From positions 12,524,001 through 12,588,000 of the forward strand of contig CM022679.1 of assembly GCA_012295275.1 (NCBI GenBank): a stretch of 64,000 bases of DNA, given 5' to 3'. This DNA comes from Chrysomallon squamiferum (taxonomy: Eukaryota > Animalia > Mollusca). Below the pieces are notes generated by a model. The model was not told the DNA's origin. It did no database searches and worked only from the letters and a program-made list of their open reading frames with translations. Below are positions 57,802 to 64,000 of the stretch, piece after piece. The translations under genes were made by a program, and so were the position numbers. Positions within the stretch are counted from its first letter, which is position 1, and the number at the start of each line of letters is the position of its first letter.

Positions 57802-58912
57802 TGTTGAATATCGTCTGTCACATCGTTTAGATGCTATTTCGAACGTAAATATTTTAGTAAACTATGAACAAACAGACTGAGGATGGATGGTTCGTTAGAC
57901 TGAAATAAACAGAAGAAAGAAAGTAAATAAATAAATTATCATCTACCTTTTTGTTTTCGTTTATTATTAATGTTGTTGTTACTGTTATAGTTACTGTCGT
58001 TTTAAAGTTATTGTCATTGTTTTTTTGTTTGTTTGTTTTTTTTTTTTTTTTTCGTTTTTTTCGCGTTTTGTCATAAATTTATCTACATTGTTGCTGCTAT
58101 AGTCTCCTTAGGATATATTATGATTATTAAAGAAAAACAATATTTCATTTTTTTTTTTTTTTTCTAATTCAACCTCATTTGAACTGTCGATTTCTTACAG
58201 TTCGAAGAAACAACACCAACACATGAACTCCATTCAACACACGGTCAAAGTATCTGGACATCGAATTAAAAACCTTCTCTACACCAATAACAATCATTTT
58301 ATTTCATTCCATCACCATTTACGTCGGCAATCAAAACCCAGTGAAGCAACCATTCATTTCTGAGGGCAACACCCTCCTTTAGAAAAACAAAAATATTTGA
58401 AAAGAAAAATATAAAAAAAAAAAAAAAAAAAAAAAAGAAAAAAACAAGGAGACAAAAAAAATCCGCTGTAAGTTTTTGACCTGGTGCACGGTGACCCAGC
58501 GACACCCATCAACCCCCCCGAGATCTTTTTCTTTCACCAAGTTTTACAAAGACTCGTGTTAGACGTGTTTCGGGTTTCAGCTGATTATCCAGTTAATAAA
58601 CACCTGGAAACAGGGTTCGCCTGATTACCAACACGCATGGATAAAAGAAGTATTTAAGAAATGCATTCTAGTAATTTGATGTCTGAATGCCGCTGTAGGT
58701 TTTAGTATGATGTTTCTCGTCTCTGATGCCAAATCCTTTTTTGCTCTGAGGTGTGGGTTGAAAGTTCGGCCATCGTAACTTAACACGTCGTTCTTTCACC
58801 GGCAAAGTTTACCCTGGTTAACAGCGATCTGAGCAAATGAGGCGATTTATTTCAATCATTTTATTTACGTTTTGCTGCTTTTATTATTGTGAGGGTTTCT
58901 CCGAGTGTCAGT

Positions 58913-58987
<75 letters not shown>

Positions 58988-59072
58988 TGAGTTTGCATTC
59001 CTTATCTTTATTTGTTTCCATCATTCAAAGGATTTTTATTCATTTCTTAATAATTTAGAATGTTTTTCTTCT

Positions 59073-59146
<74 letters not shown>

Positions 59147-60059
59147 TTTCATGATCTCAAGATTATAACAGAATTCTGAAGAGTAAAAGTAATGCACAAT
59201 TTACTATATCTTATTTATTTATTACTCCAGCTCCTGGTCATGTTGACTTTAAACATTAAATAAAAGAAAGAAAACAAAATGTTTTTCAGAACAAAAAAAT
59301 CTATTGAACTGCTCAGTATCGCACCAAAAACATCCCTTGTTTTATATTATTGTCTATTTAATGGTGTGTGTGTATGTGTCTTTTTTATATCTCTTTCTCT
59401 CTTAAAGAAAAACATCAAACAAAAAATCTGAAACCTAACACAAAACAAGAAAAGGAACATCTTTTCACGCCTTGCTACTCCCATAAAACAATGTCGTTTC
59501 AGACGAAAAAACATGCTGACCTTTTTGCCCTACATAACCATGAACTATTTCAAAACGGAAAATGTATGTCATGTGTAATGGATTGCATGACACCAGTAAA
59601 AGAAAAGAAAAAAAACACAAAAAAACACAACAACAATAAAGCACATATTAAAGTATAAGCATAAAGAAACGCCGACGTCAACGTCCGTGTTGTGGTATTT
59701 ATCTAGCACGACTACATCAGAATCAGGTGAGGATCAAAGGGTACCTAGCAGCGTCACCTATGACTGATCTTCTGGCACGGTAATGCAATACGGTGGTCAA
59801 GCAGGCACGTGCGGTCAGAGTGTCCTCTCGCGCCACCACGTGCTACAAGACGGCTTGTCCACGTCTGTTTATGCGGCCAGCGAGATTAATCTGTAGTTAA
59901 CTGTATCGCAAATATTAGCAAGCTGTTAAAATGTCTCGAGGCAAGAAATTCTTGACAATATTTATTATTGCAGAGGTCAAAGATCAGTTTAGTCGATCTG
60001 TCTTTGTTTTACTTTGTTTATTTGTAAATTTGTATTTGAATTTTTGGTATAACGGTTTT

Positions 60060-60335
60060 TCTTATCCGTGTTAAAGATGCCTTTGCTGCTGAATCAAAAA
60101 GTGTAACCTCTGGTGTGGCGACGGCGAGTTTCTTTTCTGAATTTTTGAATAACAACTCTTCTGTTCATGTAACAGATCCCTGGCTGCAATTTGAAAAACT
60201 CTACCCCGACCTGTGAGGGCATATAGCTATGTTAAATGTTTGTTGTTTTTAAAAATATTGTTATATTTTAGTTGAAAGACTCATCTGCGAATATACGATC
60301 CCTTGTCGACAATCGGGAAATAGTATCCCGTGAAC
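60060..60335 (+). mobile_element. Two SINE core fragments
   Basis: aaagatgcctttgctgctgaatcaaaaagtgtaacc...gtggcgacggcgagtttc and gatcccttgtcgacaatcgggaaatagtatccc align by eye to the core at 32876-32935. Confidence 0.45.
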
Positions 60336-62184
60336 GAATAAATGAATGTTTGATTTTAACTATTATGAGGCGAGATAAATATTATGGTTCTCTTGCGTAA
60401 CGATGTTAAAAACAGAAGTAAACACGAATAGGGGAGATTATATTAGTAGTAGTAGTAGTAGTAGTTGTTGTTGTTGTTGTTGTTCTTGTTGTTGTTGTTG
60501 CAGAAGTAGTCGTAATTGTAGTAGTATAGTTGTTATTGTTAGATTTTTGTATTATTATTTATTTTAATTCTTAAATAATTTATTCACTTTTCTTCCATGA
60601 CAAAGTTCATGCCGCACGTGCCTTAAAATACGCTGGTCAAGTGGTCACGTGGTATTGGAATTGCCTAATTCGTCAAACACGCGTCAAAGTCATTGACTTT
60701 TTGACCACGGCGGGCAGGGTGGTCATTTTGGTGAGAAAAAAAAAATCATCTAATTATGGCACCTATTAGCAATGTGAGTTATGACAACAAGATTATTTTA
60801 CTGTGTAAATATATTCTAAATATTGATGGGTAACTATCTATTGTACCTCTGGAATAACAAAACGAATTACTAAACGATAATTATAATGGTTAATTTCAAA
60901 TATCGTGTAAATATGATGGTAAAAAATATAATATTAAAGCACATCATAACGTCACTGCGCCATTACATCATTACGAAATAAGCAGCTTTAGAGTAAATAA
61001 GTCTGCCCTGAAACCGATGAACTCTTCTAAGGAAAAAAGTCCACTCTTTCGTTTTTATATTTTGTTGTTAATTAAGACTGGCTGGTGGGCAGGGGACATC
61101 AATATATAAAATATAACTTCGAAGTATACAGAAGCTGTCTACTATTTAGACTATTTCTTCATGTCACCAATGGTCTATTTTAACTTGATAGCTCAGAATG
61201 ATTGGGGTTTTTTCTTGTCTATGGAGAAAAGCAAAAGTATTGTTGTCCTGCGGACGAGAAAAAGGCACGTGGCGAAAATATGTTGGTCAAGTGGTCACGC
61301 GTCCACTAATGAGACTGTCCGAAAGAGACACTGGTCAATGAAAGATTTTTGAACTTAGCAGTGACCTTGGCAGAAACAAATATTTGTGTAATCGTCCAAC
61401 TTAGACAGGCCGGCGTTTATGGCTTGATTTACGACTCCACAAGTTGTAAAATTATTGTTTTGTGACAAGCCACAGTTTCAAAAACAACTGACTGACATTG
61501 TGCTTTGGATATTATTATCACGATCAATAAACTGAATAATAATAATAATAATAATAATAACAACAACAGTACTATTAATAGCAGTAGTAGTACTAGCACT
61601 AGTAGTAGTAGTAGTAATAATAATAATAACAATACTAGTTGTAGTAGTAGTAGTAGTAATATGTACAGTAAGTATAATTAATATGGCCAATGATTTTTAT
61701 CTACTAAAACAATTTGACTTATTTCCATTTCCACCATGATGCTTTGAGATCGGTATTTCAATTAACATGGCGAAGTGTGTTATAATTAACGAACCTTTTT
61801 TGACTCGTTTATTTTACGTCCTAAGTAATTATTGTTTCGAAACTGTGATATTCTGCTTCTCTTTCTTTCTTTCATTTTTTTTTTCTTCTTTCCTTTTTCC
61901 TTTCTTTTTTCAAAAGTTTTATTTTAAAGGTAAAATTTAGCATATTCTGATAAATGACAACTCAGACAGCTAACTATTTTAATTTATACATATTTATTAC
62001 TTACTTCGAGTATTCTGTCATTGAACCAGGTTTTCAATATATGTTTGATGGAATAAATATACTACAATGTTATTAATTCCATCCCGAAGGTGTATTGACA
62101 TTTTTTGGAGAGACTGCCTTTTACTCAAAATTTTAAATTTACTTCCATTTGCTTGAATTATTATTATTTATATTATTAATATTT

Positions 62185-62223
<39 letters not shown>

Positions 62224-62712
62224 TTTGTCTAGTATTATTATTTAGTAGTAGTATCATTATTATTACTTTTAGCAATCCTTTCTGAACCAAAAAACAAAAA
62301 AATTGTAGCAAAAAAAAAAAACTTCATCCTACAGTATGCTAAATTATTTATCCTTAAACAAGTTATCCATTACCGACTCATTAAGTACCAACAATTACTT
62401 CGTTAAAAGTTAACCTCAAAATTACATTTTGTTGACATTTACACAGACTCAGTCTTATTATGATTTTTGCATTAACTATCAGAAGCGATTTTTTTAAATT
62501 AATTAAATTATTACATTTTGCTAGATAGCATAAAATATCTCACAGCCCGCTCCTTAAAACATAAAGATGATGATAATGATGACAATAATAATTACAATAA
62601 TAAATAAATCAATTAATGTATATATATTAGTAGTAGTAGTAGTATTTTTATTTTTTTTTTATTTTTATTATTTATTATTTATTTTTATTTATTTATTTAT
62701 TTATTTAGTTAT

Positions 62713-62755
<43 letters not shown>

Positions 62756-62779
62756 TTTTTTAATAACAGGACAACATTT

Positions 62780-63113
62780 CTACAGTTTCCATTTCGATAT
62801 ATTAAATTTCACATACTGATGATTTCCAGACAGTTTATCTATCTTATTATTCAAAATCTTTATCTTCCTTTCATTGTAAAAGAAACGTTTGTCCATCTGT
62901 AACGGACGTCGATGAAATTTCCATTCTTGATCTTGAAGCGCGCATGAAATCTTCATTTCTAAAGTATTGTTCACGTTCAAGAAATCGGCTGACTGGTCAA
63001 GTCTGTTATGAGATGATCGTAAAGGATAATTAAGAGATTACCACTGAATTCAAACCAGGACTTATTAAACGTCCTCCAGAGTAAAACTCGTCCTTGAAAG
63101 AAATTGTCCCAGT
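62780..63113 (-). pseudogene. WSCD: Terminal exon of the WSCD-like gene, disrupted by a frameshift near 62988
   Basis: After the acceptor ttcacag| the reading is (Y)WDNFFQGRVLLWRTFNKSWFEFSGNLLIILYDHLITDLTSQ, then PIS* (TGA at 62979-62977). Homology resumes in another frame: ADFLNVNNTLEMKISCALQDQEWKFHRR...WKL*. Confidence 0.7.
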
Positions 63114-63170
63114 CTGTGAATGAGAATAAGTATTATGTATAAATAATACAAGCAAAACAAGCATCTTACG

Positions 63171-63284
<114 letters not shown>

Positions 63285-63393
63285 CAAACATACACATACA
63301 TACATAAACACATATATACGTAAATACATGCATGCATTCATAGATGCATACAGCACACACACACACACACTGAATAGATATTTCTATACTTAC

Positions 63394-63624
63394 AGCTTCT
63401 GAATTCATCCAGCTGCACTCGTTTCGTGTGATTTTTAGCAATATATCGGTTGAAATCCGCCAACAAACAGTTAAAAGGATTCCTCAAAACCAGAACAGCC
63501 TTTGTACAATCCATCTTGTTCTCGTGAGTTTTTATAGCAACGTAGTTACAGTTCCTTTTGCCTTCTCCTAAAAAACCAGCGTTTCGAAGCTGACCGTCGA
63601 AATATACAGATCCTGTTGTGATAC
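63394..63624 (-). CDS. WSCD: Internal exon of a WSCD-family (WSC domain/sulfotransferase-like) gene
   Basis: Translates as GITTGSVYFDGQLRNAGFLGE...VAIKTHE...AVLVLRNPFNCLLADFNR, matching the WSCD motifs TGSxYxDxxLxxxGFxGE, KTHE and LxRNP. It is bounded by cag| at about 63625 (alternative acceptor at 63638) and |gtaagt at 63393. Length is 231 bp, phase 1-1. Upstream exons lie outside the window. Confidence 0.85.
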
Positions 63625-64000
63625 CTGTATGAGACACCTGAATGTGAAATCTGCCATCACCAGATATTGAGAAATGAAGAAGGCAACAAAGCGATTCTGA
63701 CGTTGAGATATGCTAATATATTAACGTGTAACACATACACACACGCACACGCACAGGCATACATGCACACCCACATACACATAAACACACACACACATAC
63801 ATATATCGATAGGTAAAAACTCGAACACACGTAGTAATTATTGTAGAAATATTAGTTTCAGAAGTAATTGTATTTATTGTAGATGTACTAGTTACACAAG
63901 TAATAACAGTTATTGCTGACGTACTCATTATTGCAGTTATAGTAGTGGTAGCAGTTGTTCTTGTTGTCGGTTGTTGTAGTATTTTTAGCTGAAATGGAAA

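Overview
AT-rich, microsatellite-dense animal genomic DNA. A protostome-type miRNA target-site vocabulary and a recurring SINE suggest a mollusc, probably a gastropod (inference). The window holds two intronless, same-strand neurogenin-family bHLH genes about 22.5 kb apart: a canonical copy at 25502-26284 (-) and a divergent copy at 2944-3741 (-). They lie in a long gene-poor tract broken by short CpG-retaining islands rich in Hes-type E-boxes (GGCACGYG), Su(H)-like, TCF and TGGTCA motifs. Several of these islands share identical 14-16 bp words. Both neurogenin 3' UTRs carry seed matches for Notch-pathway and neural miRNAs (K box, GY box, Brd box, miR-9, miR-124, miR-71, miR-137). Also present are a 5'-truncated RNase H-containing LINE relic, SINE fragments and local duplications. 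At the right end are the last two coding exons of a WSCD-type sulfotransferase gene, whose last exon has a frameshifting deletion. All motif calls were made by eye and no database search was run.
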